A stretch of 64,000 nucleotides of DNA from an uncultured Chitinophagaceae bacterium (GCA_964527785.1 CAZGNO010000001.1:24845-88844), one strand, 5' to 3'; shown: positions 29,572-39,440, counted from the stretch's first letter. A program made the numbers and translations. Notes: generated by a model not told the origin, from the letters alone.

Positions 29572-31698
29572 TCACCTACACTCAATCACACAACTCTTCT
29601 CCTTCCCTCCCACCGACCACGTCTGTTTCACAACTGTCCCGCTGCCCTGCACTTTCACCTTTACATTAGCAGCATGAAGCACTGCGAGTGCTCTGCGCAT
29701 TGCCATTCCCCGTACGTCCGGTCTGAGCGCGTCAGCGTGGGCTTTCTCTATAGAATCACGTTTGATTGCCGGTGTGGGAACACGGTATTCAGCCAGTACA
29801 TCCGTACCGCGTAAAACCTTTTTACCCGGAAGTGGTGATTGCTGAGCTATAATCCCCTGTCCCCTGTTGCTGAGTCGAAGTCCGTTTTGGTGCAGCACTA
29901 TCTCTGCGTTTTCAACGGTAATTCCCCGAACATCCGGCACGGAAACAGAATCAGGCAAAGCTGCCATTGTTGTTTCATCGGAAATACCTTCCATGTGCGT
30001 AGCAGAAATCCACTGTTGTGCTATTCTACGGAAAATCGGAGCAGCTGTCCTGCCGCCGTAAATATCGGTTTGAGGTCGGTCGAGCATAATCATCATGGCA
30101 ACTTTTGGGTTGTCAGCCGGAAAGTATCCAGCAAATGAAGCCGTATATGCCTGTTTGGAATATTTGCCGTCCACAAGCTGTTGGGCGGTGCCAGTTTTTC
30201 CGGCAATTTTCATTCCTTGCACTCGCGCTTCGTTACCAGTGCCGCGTTCTACTACCCCGCATAGAAGATCGGTAAGAGTCCGGGCAGTTTCGACTGAAAC
30301 CACCTGGCGGATTTTTTGCGGAGAATAGCTTTCGGTTTCCTTGCCGTTTTCATCGAATACTTTTTTGATGAGGTATGGCTTCATCATTACGCCCTTGTTG
30401 GCAACAGCAGCATAGGCATTTACAATTTGCAGGGCGGTTGCAGCAAGCTCATATCCATAAGCCATGAAAAATTTAGTTGCCCCGTCAAATTCGCGTGGTT
30501 TTTTCATTCTGCCCGGGGATTCACCCGGAACATCTATTCCAAGTGTAATGCCAAAGCCAAAGTCCCGAGCATATTTGTAAAATTTATCATCGGGGATTTT
30601 CTTGGACTGTATAGCAAAAACAACATTGCTCGACTGTTCGATTGCCTGAGCGAATGTAATGTGTCCGATCGGGTGGGTATCTTTGATTTCATATCCGTCG
30701 GAGAGTTTCCACACACCGTTGTGTGCATCAACAGTATCGGTAGGGGCGACCGCTTTTTCTTCGAGTGCAGCAGCAGCAGTTACTAGTTTGAATGTAGAGC
30801 CGGGTTCGTACATATCGCTGATAGCCCTAATTTTCATGGACTCTTGTGATGCCTGTTGAGGGCGGTTCGGGTTAAAACTCGGCATCGAGGCAACAGCAAG
30901 GATTTCACCGGTAGTGGGGTCTAGTGCAATGATTGTACCCGAAACTGCCCGTGCATCGGCAATTCCCCGTTCAAGCTCGTATTCGGCAATACGCTGGAGT
31001 TCCATGTCAATAGTTAATTGAACAGATTTTCCGTTGGACGCTGCGGAAGTCGGCAAATCTACCGACGGACGAAGATTGCCCCGCCCGTCACGTTGCATCA
31101 CCATAAACCCCGGTGAACCCCGCAGCACAGAGTCGAGAGCAAGCTCTACACCGCTCAGTCCCTGATTATCAACACTCGTGCAACCGACGATTTGAGAGGC
31201 GGCGTTTCCAAAATAATAATTGCGTCTTGGCTCTACTACACGGATGAGCCCTGCATCATGAAGTGTATCGAGAATAGAAGACCTGCCGAGATTACCTCGG
31301 GCAAGCCAAAGAAAGGATTTCGTAGAGGAGCGAATCTTCTGTTCCCAAACAGAGGCAGAATCTCCTGTCAATTGTTCTAAGGCATCGGCAATTACCCGCG
31401 GATGCTCTACCAGTGTAGGATCTACAGCAAACGACGCACTTTTTATCGTTGAAGCAATTACACGCTGATTGCGGTCGTAGATTGTTCCTCGTTGGGGTTT
31501 GAGTTCGATACGGGATTCATACTGCTTTCGGGCTAGGGCACGATATTCGCCGGATTTGATAACCTGTACTATAAACAGTCGTACGATTACACCCAAAAAG
31601 CAAAGTGAGAGGACAACAAGCAGCAGCCCTGTTTTCCAGTTCTGATTTGTTTCCTTAGGTTCAACGGGAGCGGATGTAGGTATTGGGGCTGGTTGCAT
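29572..31698 (-). CDS. class B penicillin-binding protein (FtsI/PBP2-like transpeptidase) with two C-terminal PASTA domains
   Basis: 708 aa with an N-terminal TM anchor, a dimerisation domain and the transpeptidase motifs STFK, SSN and KTGT. Two PASTA-like repeats are present (VPDVRGITVENAEIVL… and RPDVRGMAMRRALAVL…). Confidence 0.85.
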   Translation of the reverse strand: MQPAPIPTSAPVEPKETNQNWKTGLLLVVLSLCFLGVIVRLFIVQVIKSGEYRALARKQYESRIELKPQRGTIYDRNQRVIASTIKSASFAVDPTLVEHPRVIADALEQLTGDSASVWEQKIRSSTKSFLWLARGNLGRSSILDTLHDAGLIRVVEPRRNYYFGNAASQIVGCTSVDNQGLSGVELALDSVLRGSPGFMVMQRDGRGNLRPSVDLPTSAASNGKSVQLTIDMELQRIAEYELERGIADARAVSGTIIALDPTTGEILAVASMPSFNPNRPQQASQESMKIRAISDMYEPGSTFKLVTAAAALEEKAVAPTDTVDAHNGVWKLSDGYEIKDTHPIGHITFAQAIEQSSNVVFAIQSKKIPDDKFYKYARDFGFGITLGIDVPGESPGRMKKPREFDGATKFFMAYGYELAATALQIVNAYAAVANKGVMMKPYLIKKVFDENGKETESYSPQKIRQVVSVETARTLTDLLCGVVERGTGNEARVQGMKIAGKTGTAQQLVDGKYSKQAYTASFAGYFPADNPKVAMMIMLDRPQTDIYGGRTAAPIFRRIAQQWISATHMEGISDETTMAALPDSVSVPDVRGITVENAEIVLHQNGLRLSNRGQGIIAQQSPLPGKKVLRGTDVLAEYRVPTPAIKRDSIEKAHADALRPDVRGMAMRRALAVLHAANVKVKVQGSGTVVKQTWSVGGKEKSCVIECR

Positions 31699-31966
31699 AT
31701 ACTGTCAGTTTTAATATTGTGCGTTAGTTTCGACTGAGACAAGTTGATATGTCCCTTGTGTTTCCTTGCTTTTTTCAGAACATGATGAAACGAATTTAGC
31801 CACATACTCCGTCAGCGTGGATAACTTCATCTTGCGGGCTTGGAATAATCTTCTGTTATAATGGTACTATACTGTAAGCGTTGAACGAAAGATGCATTCC
31901 CGTTTGGCATTGCTATTTAAGTATAGCTTTATAGATAAGTATATAAAAATAGGTAAGTGTACGATG

Positions 31967-32036
31967 CTTCGACGGGCTCAGCATGACATATTTGTTTCTT
32001 TTTTAAGGAAGTTACGTCACCCTGAGCTCGTCGAAG
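31967..32036. repeat. 70-bp palindromic intergenic element (21-nt imperfect inverted arms)
   Basis: The arms are CTTCGACGGGCTCAGCATGAC (31967-31987) and GTCACCCTGAGCTCGTCGAAG (32016-32036). They match at 18/21 positions as a reverse complement. Confidence 0.6.
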
Positions 32037-32270
32037 GGTTCAATTACTTGCCAAATTTGGTCAACGAACACAAAAAACTACGTAAACATACTTGTGCTAT
32101 AATAAATTAGCAATGCCTCCCGTTTTTGTCCAAAATTACCGCATTTTTCAATATAGAACGAGAAGGAATTTTTGTATCTTTGAAAAAAACTCATGTCTCT
32201 TGAAGGCAGAAGTATCCAATTTATGGTTTTGCTCTGTCTGTGTTTGCATTATTAATTTATTTTTGGTTTC

Positions 32271-33479
32271 ATGAAAAACTATTTCTATTTGCTGATTGTA
32301 TCAATACTTCTTTTAGCATCGTGTACAAAAAACTCATCATCGGATAATAAAACAATCAAGTTCTGGCATTTCTGGAGCGAGCCGTCACAAAAACAGGCAT
32401 TGAAAGATATTGTAGCAGAATTTGAAAAGCAAGAACATTGTACGGTAGAACTTACAGAATTAAGTTGGAATGACGGCAAGACAAAGCTTCTTGCTGCTTT
32501 CAATTCAAATACCGCCCCTGATGTTATCGAACTTGGCTCGGACTGGATGGCTCAATTTTCAAGTGCGGGAGTATTGCAGGAACTACCGAATGACACTACA
32601 TTTTCGAAATTCGCCGATTTCTCGAAGCCACCGGCACTATGGAAATCAAAAGTATATGCCTACCCTTGGAATGTAGATACCCGTGTTATGTTTTGTAATA
32701 ATGAATTGATGAAAAAGGCAGGCGTAACTTCTATTCCGACGACAGTTTCAGAACTGATTGCTGCCTGTGAGAAAATGCATGAGATTTCAGGAATATACCC
32801 CTTCGGTGCTAATGGTGATGACCGCCACCGTCTTTATAAAAAAATTCTACCGTTCTTCTGGAGTAATGGTGGTGGCGTTATGGATGCAAGCGGGAAATTA
32901 ACGATTAATTCCGAAGAGAATATTCAAGGTCTTAATGCGTATATTACGCTGTCTCGTATGGGCTTGATCGAGACTCAGCGTCAACTTGATGTTTCGTTTG
33001 TTCAGGGGAAAGTGGGCTTTTGGTTTTCGGGCGGATGGTTGATGCCGAAAATTACAGCAGGTAATCCTTCGTTGGATTATAGTGTTGCGTTAGTACCCGG
33101 TATGAAAACATCGGGTGTTTCGTTCGCCGGCGGAGAATATATCGCTTTGTCATCCAAAGGAGCAAATCATGAGTTGGCTGCAAAGTTTGCGCGGTATATT
33201 ACCGACGGTAAAACAACATTGGAGTTTTGCAAAAAAGTTTCCGAGGCGGGCTTCCCTGCCGATAAACGCTACTTTGCCGACGATTATTTCAAGCAAGTAA
33301 AGAACCGCAGTGTTTTTGCAGAGCAATTAGCAAATGCAAAAATGACACCCGTGCATCCAAAGTGGTTGGAGATTGAAGCCCTTTTGGAAAATGCTGTTGT
33401 AGAGGCGTTGTACGGCAGAAAGACTGCTGCCGGAGCGTTGAATGATGCGCAGGCGGAGGCGGTGGGAAGGTATCAGTGA
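32271..33479 (+). CDS. ABC transporter extracellular solute-binding lipoprotein (family 1, sugar-type), orphan
   Basis: 402 aa with a lipobox (LLLASC) and an SBP_bac_1-like pattern (KFWHFW ... PDVIELGSDWMAQF). No permease or ATPase genes are adjacent. Confidence 0.7.
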   Translation: MKNYFYLLIVSILLLASCTKNSSSDNKTIKFWHFWSEPSQKQALKDIVAEFEKQEHCTVELTELSWNDGKTKLLAAFNSNTAPDVIELGSDWMAQFSSAGVLQELPNDTTFSKFADFSKPPALWKSKVYAYPWNVDTRVMFCNNELMKKAGVTSIPTTVSELIAACEKMHEISGIYPFGANGDDRHRLYKKILPFFWSNGGGVMDASGKLTINSEENIQGLNAYITLSRMGLIETQRQLDVSFVQGKVGFWFSGGWLMPKITAGNPSLDYSVALVPGMKTSGVSFAGGEYIALSSKGANHELAAKFARYITDGKTTLEFCKKVSEAGFPADKRYFADDYFKQVKNRSVFAEQLANAKMTPVHPKWLEIEALLENAVVEALYGRKTAAGALNDAQAEAVGRYQ

Positions 33480-33508
33480 AAGATTCAAAAATAGATTGAG
33501 GTATAAGA

Positions 33509-33619
33509 ATCTGTAGGATTCAAATGTTTATAGATAATCAAACAATGCATTTCATACGACCCCGACGGGGTCGAACGATTCATATGCTACACTTGCTATA
33601 AACATATAATCCTGTTGTG
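33509..33619. repeat. nested palindromic element (outer ~22-nt inverted arms around a GC-rich central hairpin)
   Basis: The outer arms are AGGATTCAAATGTTTATAG (left) and CTATAAACATATAATCCT (right). The central hairpin is CGACCCCGACGGGGTCG at 33557-33573. Confidence 0.55.
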
Positions 33620-33708
33620 CTTAATTAAATTAAATTATGGAGCATTGTTCTGCCTGAAAACTGACAGAAAATGTAAAAACAAGATAAATAGAATTTTGTA
33701 AATATTGA

Positions 33709-34683
33709 ATGACAACTGAACTGTTAGATGCTTTTGCTGAACCAGATTTTGCTGTTATGAGAGCTGCCGAATTATTACGGTCAGGCGAGATAGTCGGCTT
33801 CCCTACGGAAACAGTCTATGGTCTTGGTGCTTGTATATTTAATGAAAAGGCAGTCCGGAAAATTTATGAAGCAAAGGGGCGTCCACAAGATAACCCGTTA
33901 ATAGCTCATATTGCCTCTATTAAAGAGGTTTCAAGGATTGCTTTAGATATACCAGATGAATTTTACCGTTTAGCAGAAGTGTTTTTTCCGGGTGCATTAA
34001 CGGTGATCCTAAGAAAGCGAAAAGAAGTTCCGACTATTGTTTCGGCAGGATTGGATACGATTGCTGTTCGGATGCCCGCTCATGATATTGCTTTGAAGAT
34101 TATTGCTGCCGTAGGCGAGCCACTTGTTGCTCCGTCGGCAAACCGTTCCGGCAAGCCAAGCCCTACTACTGCACGGCATGTACTTGATGATTTAAGCGGA
34201 AGAATTGCTGCTATAGTTGATGGTGGGCAATGCCGTGTAGGAATTGAATCAACAATTGTAGATATTCTTGGTGATGTTCCGATGATAGTTCGTCCCGGTT
34301 CAATTACCCTTGAAGATATTGAGAGTGTGCTGGGTAAAAGTGCCGCAGTGTACTCCGGAAATGAATCGTCTGCGCCAATTGCTCCGGGTATGAAATATAG
34401 GCACTACGCACCACAGGCATCATTAAAGTTGATGAGGTCTTGGGAACAAATTTTGGAGGAAGTTAAAAAGAACCCGGTAACCAAACGAATAATATTAGCT
34501 GCCGTGGATCCGCCTCAAGAATTAAGAACACTAGTACGTACTTTGAGTTCAATAACGATTTATGGTGAATTTCGTCATGCGGATGCTGAGAATTTGCAAG
34601 AAATCCTTATTTTGTGTGACGATGAAGTGCAAACCAACGCCGCTCTGATGAATAGGATTACGAAAGCTGCATCCGGATCATAG
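33709..34683 (+). CDS. L-threonylcarbamoyladenylate synthase (Sua5/YwlC type, with C-terminal Sua5 domain)
   Basis: 324 aa with PTETVYGLG, KGRPQDNPLI and SANRSGKPSPT motifs. Confidence 0.85.
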   Translation: MTTELLDAFAEPDFAVMRAAELLRSGEIVGFPTETVYGLGACIFNEKAVRKIYEAKGRPQDNPLIAHIASIKEVSRIALDIPDEFYRLAEVFFPGALTVILRKRKEVPTIVSAGLDTIAVRMPAHDIALKIIAAVGEPLVAPSANRSGKPSPTTARHVLDDLSGRIAAIVDGGQCRVGIESTIVDILGDVPMIVRPGSITLEDIESVLGKSAAVYSGNESSAPIAPGMKYRHYAPQASLKLMRSWEQILEEVKKNPVTKRIILAAVDPPQELRTLVRTLSSITIYGEFRHADAENLQEILILCDDEVQTNAALMNRITKAASGS

Positions 34684-34738
34684 AGCATTTGTATCAGATT
34701 CAGACTGTAATTCCATACTTTGTGCTACTACTATAAAA

Positions 34739-35005
34739 ATGATTCAAGAAACGCTTACTGTCCGCAATCGTGCAGGACTTCATACCCGCCCTGCTGCAAT
34801 GCTCGTAAAGTTGGCTGCAAAATTCAAGTCAGATATATATCTGAATCGTGACGGGTATGATATTAATGCTAAAAGCATTATAGGAGTGATGACACTTGCT
34901 GCCGAGCAAGGCAGCGAACTGTTGCTTACTGCTGAGGGTGCTGACGAACACGAAGCAATTATAGAGCTTAAATCCCTTTTTGAAAATGGTTTTGGTGAGT
35001 TGTAA
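34739..35005 (+). CDS. ptsH: HPr-family phosphocarrier protein
   Basis: 88 aa with the active-site motif GLHTRPA (His15) and a Ser46 region KSIIGVMTLAA. Confidence 0.85.
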   Translation: MIQETLTVRNRAGLHTRPAAMLVKLAAKFKSDIYLNRDGYDINAKSIIGVMTLAAEQGSELLLTAEGADEHEAIIELKSLFENGFGEL

Positions 35006-35070
35006 GCATTATTCCTTAAAAATATATTGTAAGTAAGTAAGTATTTATTCATTTATGAGAAAGAACTGCT

Positions 35071-35580
35071 ATGATGAACGAAAAAGTATTGGAAATGCTC
35101 AATGAGCAAATGAACCGTGAATTTTTCTCATGGTATTTATATCTTTCGGTAGCTACTTATTTTAATACCCTCGATTTGGAGGGCTTCGAACAGTGGACGC
35201 GCCGTCAGGCGACGGAAGAAACTGTTCATGCAATGAAAATTTACAACTATATGCTGGAGCGAAACGGAGCAGTTGTACTCAGCCAGATTCCTGCTCCAAC
35301 GCAAAAATGGGGTTCGCCGTTGGAAGCGGTTCAAGCAATTTATCAACATGAATGTGAGCTTACAGGGCGAATTCATGAGATAGTTCATCTGACCCGTGAT
35401 GTTAATGACTATACCACTGAGGTATTTCTGCATTGGTTTATTACCGAACAGCGTGAAGAAGAAGCAATGGCAAGCCGGGTACTCCAGAAATTGAAAATGA
35501 TTGGCGGAGATATGGGTGGTCTGTTAATGCTGGATGCGCAAGTAGCTTCCGTTGGGCAAGCACCTGAGTCAGGAGAATAA
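35071..35580 (+). CDS. ferritin (non-haem, Ftn-like)
   Basis: 169 aa with four-helix-bundle di-iron ligand spacing (LNEQMNREF ... EETVHAMK ... ITEQREEE). Confidence 0.75.
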   Translation: MMNEKVLEMLNEQMNREFFSWYLYLSVATYFNTLDLEGFEQWTRRQATEETVHAMKIYNYMLERNGAVVLSQIPAPTQKWGSPLEAVQAIYQHECELTGRIHEIVHLTRDVNDYTTEVFLHWFITEQREEEAMASRVLQKLKMIGGDMGGLLMLDAQVASVGQAPESGE

Positions 35581-35599
35581 CAAATACTGAAAAACAACA

Positions 35600-36157
35600 A
35601 TGAAAATATACACAAAAACAGGTGATGACGGAACCACCGGACTTTTCGGCGGGCAGCGTGTTGTAAAATATGCTCCTCGAATTGCAGCTTATGGAACGAT
35701 AGATGAACTTAATGCGATTATTGGAATAGCACTTACTCATAAACATACGCACCATTTGGAGCATCCGCTCAAGCATTTGTCTTCATTGCTCTTCACAGTG
35801 GGAAGTGATTTGGCTACCCCACTCGACCCCCCGACTAAATATCATATTCCGCGTGTCGAAGCGGAGCATATAGAATGGTTGGAGCACTTAATTGATAAAT
35901 ATCAGGAGGAACTGCCGGAACTGAAAAACTTTATTCTGCCGGGTGGTACTTCCCTTGCTGCACATCTTCATCATGCAAGAACTGTCTGCCGACGTGCAGA
36001 GCGGGCGGCGGTAGAACTTTCCCATTCGGAGAATATCGGAGAGTTTGCAGTTATGTTTTTGAATCGTCTTTCCGATTTTCTGTTTGTAGCTGCACGAATG
36101 GCAAATTTTCTTGAGGGTGTGGATGATGTTCCGTGGGTGCCGAATGAGAGGAAATAA
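35600..36157 (+). CDS. PduO-type ATP:cob(I)alamin adenosyltransferase
   Basis: 185 aa with the N-terminal MKIYTKTGDDGTTGL hallmark. Confidence 0.85.
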   Translation: MKIYTKTGDDGTTGLFGGQRVVKYAPRIAAYGTIDELNAIIGIALTHKHTHHLEHPLKHLSSLLFTVGSDLATPLDPPTKYHIPRVEAEHIEWLEHLIDKYQEELPELKNFILPGGTSLAAHLHHARTVCRRAERAAVELSHSENIGEFAVMFLNRLSDFLFVAARMANFLEGVDDVPWVPNERK

Positions 36158-36383
36158 TAGGTAATAGTTGAAGGCATTTATAGTAATTTATATACATAGG
36201 TAACGAATCCTTTGGATTCATTCACAGCAAATTGAAATTACTTGCTAACCTGAGCGAATATATAACCCAGCTACTTCTGCAATTTCTTGACTTGAGTAAG
36301 GTTAAAATTATAATCTGACTGAAGGAAGCTAAACTGCTCTTGTGTTATTTTATTGAAACCTTTGTCATTCATTTTTATAATCA

Positions 36384-36935
36384 TCAATACATCCACCAAG
36401 GCTTCTTAGGTCGTTCTTTTATTGCTTCTACATCAATGCCGCAATTTGATATTCGTCTTTCTATTTCTGAGATAAGTTCTTGCTCGTTATCAAAATTATT
36501 TTTTCCTAACTTAAAAAATTTGTCTTTTGTAATTAATACATAGCCAAAATGATCACTAATTTCAATTTTTTTTACTTCAGCGTATTGGATGCTATGTTGG
36601 GGGATGATTATATCTTTTTCAATAATGGAATCCCTAGTAAGTTTCAATCTGTACTCCCCTATAGGCAACTGAGCTATACCTGCTGCAACAATAATAAGAA
36701 TTAGAACGACTATATGTAAAAAGCTATGTTCCGGTTGTTGAAAATACGGTACATCTGTTAAAATATAGTAGAATAATAAACCAAAAAACCCTATTGCCGT
36801 AATTCTTGTAAAAGCATCGCTTTTTTTGGATATTTTATAAACCTTAACATCGTCATTCATAGAAATCCTTCCGGATTCATTGTAAAATTGTTTTGCTGCT
36901 ATTGCTACTCCAACTGCTCCTGCAACGTACTCCAC
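36384..36935 (-). CDS. hypothetical membrane protein
   Basis: 183 aa with two central TM helices and a soluble C-terminal domain. It overlaps the ABC-F stop by 31 nt, and an alternative start is MNDDV at 36860. Confidence 0.4.
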   Translation of the reverse strand: MEYVAGAVGVAIAAKQFYNESGRISMNDDVKVYKISKKSDAFTRITAIGFFGLLFYYILTDVPYFQQPEHSFLHIVVLILIIVAAGIAQLPIGEYRLKLTRDSIIEKDIIIPQHSIQYAEVKKIEISDHFGYVLITKDKFFKLGKNNFDNEQELISEIERRISNCGIDVEAIKERPKKPWWMY

Positions 36936-38848
36936 AATTCCATAGCATCTTCAAGCTCCTTACGTTTGTCGTTATAAAGAAAAGTAATCGATGCCGAACT
37001 TTTTGGGTTAGTATAAAACTCAGGATGACTCATTTCATTTTCGATGGTAGCAATTGCTTTTTCAAGCATAGCTATGAGTGTTTCGGTTTCTGTAATATGC
37101 TTCTCGATAGCGCGGCGATCTTTATCATTACGCTTGGGGTGGCTAGGTGCCGATATATGTGGCTTTGGTTGAACAGCAGGTTTAATCTCGTTTTTGAGGG
37201 TATTCTGCGCCGATTTTTTGATTTCCAACTGTCTGAGTGATTCTAACTTATTATCACGCAAGAAGTCGTAAATATCTCCTGAATACTCTTTCAGTTTTCC
37301 GTTTTTGAACTCTACCACTTTATTGGTCAAGCCCTGCAAGAATTCACGATCGTGCGATACAACAATCATAGCGCCGTCATAATCCAACAGTGATTGCTTC
37401 AAAACATCCTTTGCACGCATATCGAGGTGGTTTGTCGGCTCATCCAATACAAGGAAATTTATTGGCTCAAGTAATAATTTGGCAAGAGCTAGACGCGATT
37501 TCTCTCCGCCGGAAAGCACCTTAACTTTTTTGAAAACGGCATCCCCGCTAAATAAAAACGCTCCTAACAAACTACGGACTCTGGTTCGCATTTCACCGGC
37601 TGCAGCATTATCAATTATCTCGAACACAGTAGAATTACCGTCTAAACTTTCGGCTTGGTGCTGTGCATAATATCCGATTTTAACATTATGTCCTATTTTC
37701 AACCCGCCAACATACTCTTCCAAACCGACAAGGATTTTGGAGAAGGTAGTTTTACCCTCGCCGTTCTTACCTACGAAGGCAACTCGGTCGCCTCGTTCCA
37801 ATCCAAAGTCAATTTCACGTAAAATAGTTTTTTCGCCATACGCTTTCGTTAACTTTTCTGTTTCAACGACTATTTGCCCTGAACGGGGTGCAGGCGGGAA
37901 ACGGAATTTGATGGCGGATGTATCTTCTTCTTCAATTTCAATACGCTCTATTCTGTCTAACGCCTTCACACGCGACTGAACTCGCGAAGCAAGATTTGCT
38001 TTGGAACGGAAACGTTCGATAAATTCTTCTGTTTTGGCAATTTCACGCTGTTGATTTTTATAGGCGTTCATTGTTTGTTCGCGGCGCTCTTGCCGGAGAA
38101 CAACATAGCGTGAATAAGAGGCAGGATAATCCTCAATATTCCCATTGGTTATTTCAATTGTCCGTGTGCAAACCGAATCAAGAAATGCGCGGTCGTGCGA
38201 AACCAAAACAACAGAACCTTCATACGTTTTGAGATATTCTTCCAGCCATTGAATGGACTCAATGTCAAGGTGGTTGGTGGGCTCATCAAGAAGGATACAA
38301 TCCGGCTTGCGAAGGAGCATTTTGGCAAGTTCGATACGCATTTGCCAGCCACCTGAAAATTCATCAACCAGTCGTTCCAAATCCTTCTCAAGGAAACCCA
38401 ATCCCATTAAGATTCGCTGAACATCACCCTCCATCGTATAGCCGCCATGGAAGTCAAAATACTCGTTTGCTTCGCCAAGTTTATGGAGAATATCACTGTA
38501 TTCGTCAGATTCATAATCGGTACGTGTTGCAAGCTGTTCGGAATAATGGTGAATTTTATGTTCAAGTTCAACGAGTTCGGCAAGTGCTGTTTTAGTTTCT
38601 TCATAGACTGTTTTGCCAAGAGTCGCTTCGATGTCTTGCGAGAGATAGCCGACGGTAAAGTCATTAGGTTGTGACACAGACCCGGTTTCGGCTTCTTGCT
38701 GACGCGCAAGAATTTTCAGGAGGGTGGATTTGCCTGCACCGTTTTTACCAACCAAGCCGATACGGTCGCGCACTCCGATAGTGAATGAAATATCGTCGAA
38801 AAGATAATGACCGCCAAAATGAATCGAAAGATGTGAAATTGAGAGCAT
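36905..38848 (-). CDS. ABC-F family ATPase (translation-associated, Uup/YheS-like, with C-terminal coiled-coil extension)
   Basis: 647 aa with two ABC cassettes (GKNGAGKST and GKNGEGKTT; LSGGWQMR and LSGGEKSR), an inter-domain linker and no TM domain. Confidence 0.9.
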   Translation of the reverse strand: MLSISHLSIHFGGHYLFDDISFTIGVRDRIGLVGKNGAGKSTLLKILARQQEAETGSVSQPNDFTVGYLSQDIEATLGKTVYEETKTALAELVELEHKIHHYSEQLATRTDYESDEYSDILHKLGEANEYFDFHGGYTMEGDVQRILMGLGFLEKDLERLVDEFSGGWQMRIELAKMLLRKPDCILLDEPTNHLDIESIQWLEEYLKTYEGSVVLVSHDRAFLDSVCTRTIEITNGNIEDYPASYSRYVVLRQERREQTMNAYKNQQREIAKTEEFIERFRSKANLASRVQSRVKALDRIERIEIEEEDTSAIKFRFPPAPRSGQIVVETEKLTKAYGEKTILREIDFGLERGDRVAFVGKNGEGKTTFSKILVGLEEYVGGLKIGHNVKIGYYAQHQAESLDGNSTVFEIIDNAAAGEMRTRVRSLLGAFLFSGDAVFKKVKVLSGGEKSRLALAKLLLEPINFLVLDEPTNHLDMRAKDVLKQSLLDYDGAMIVVSHDREFLQGLTNKVVEFKNGKLKEYSGDIYDFLRDNKLESLRQLEIKKSAQNTLKNEIKPAVQPKPHISAPSHPKRNDKDRRAIEKHITETETLIAMLEKAIATIENEMSHPEFYTNPKSSASITFLYNDKRKELEDAMELWSTLQEQLE

Positions 38849-38933
38849 GGGAGAGAGGAAAGAAAGAATATGTAAAGAATTAACGGCAATTAATCATTGA
38901 CGCCCAAACAACTTTTTTAATGTAATTTAGGGG

Positions 38934-39380
38934 CTATTGTTTCACTTCCATACTCGTAACTACAAGGACAGGTACACGCTGATCGCCGACAATAGCATTT
39001 GTTTCTGCTTCACTTTTACCGGCTTGTCCTGCATATACACGGGCATCTTCTTCGGTAGTCAATTGCTCTTGAACTTTACCTTCAAGTGCTATTTTCTTAC
39101 CGCCACAATCCATCGGAGCAGTAAAGTTCTTGTTTTCCATCATCACATTGAGTTTTTGCTTACCGTCGGTTATTACAAGCCAGCATCCTTCATCTTGACA
39201 TACTTGGTAGCAATCACCCTCAACGCGGATGACTCTGTCATAATTTGCAGGTTTGGCAGCTTCTGAAACAGTTACAGCTTGGTCACTTTTTAGGGTAAAT
39301 GGTGCGCCAAATGTAGTGTCCTTACTTGAACATGAGATGAGGATGCAGCAGCCACAGATAAGAAGAATAATCAGTTTCAT
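38934..39380 (-). CDS. DUF4920-like lipoprotein
   Basis: 148 aa with a lipobox (ILISCS). The motif VEGDCYQVCQDEGCWLV resembles the DUF4920 V.G.V..VC...GCW pattern. Confidence 0.45.
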   Translation of the reverse strand: MKLIILLICGCCILISCSSKDTTFGAPFTLKSDQAVTVSEAAKPANYDRVIRVEGDCYQVCQDEGCWLVITDGKQKLNVMMENKNFTAPMDCGGKKIALEGKVQEQLTTEEDARVYAGQAGKSEAETNAIVGDQRVPVLVVTSMEVKQ

Positions 39381-39440
39381 AGAAATTCAAATATGAGTAT
39401 CAAAAAAGCCCAACACGAAGTCGGGCTTGGAAGAGTTAAG

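Noticed and set aside
29839-31380. Cluster of + strand ORFs (60-156 aa) inside the PBP gene
   Set aside because: They are antisense to a 708-aa PBP with all transpeptidase motifs. The higher local GC simply lowers stop-codon frequency.
31587-31805. 72-aa minus-strand ORF overlapping the PBP start, considered as a possible FtsL
   Set aside because: It is in a different frame and overlaps the PBP N-terminus by about 110 nt. It has no single TM plus coiled-coil pattern expected of FtsL, and no rsmH or mraZ lies upstream.
31892-32274. 72-aa and 60-aa + strand ORFs upstream of the solute-binding-protein gene
   Set aside because: The first is a read-through of the 70-bp palindromic element. Neither has coding-like composition or motifs.
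36893-37240. 115-aa + strand ORF beginning with poly-Leu/Gln
   Set aside because: It is antisense to the C-terminal coiled-coil region of the ABC-F gene, a compositional artefact.
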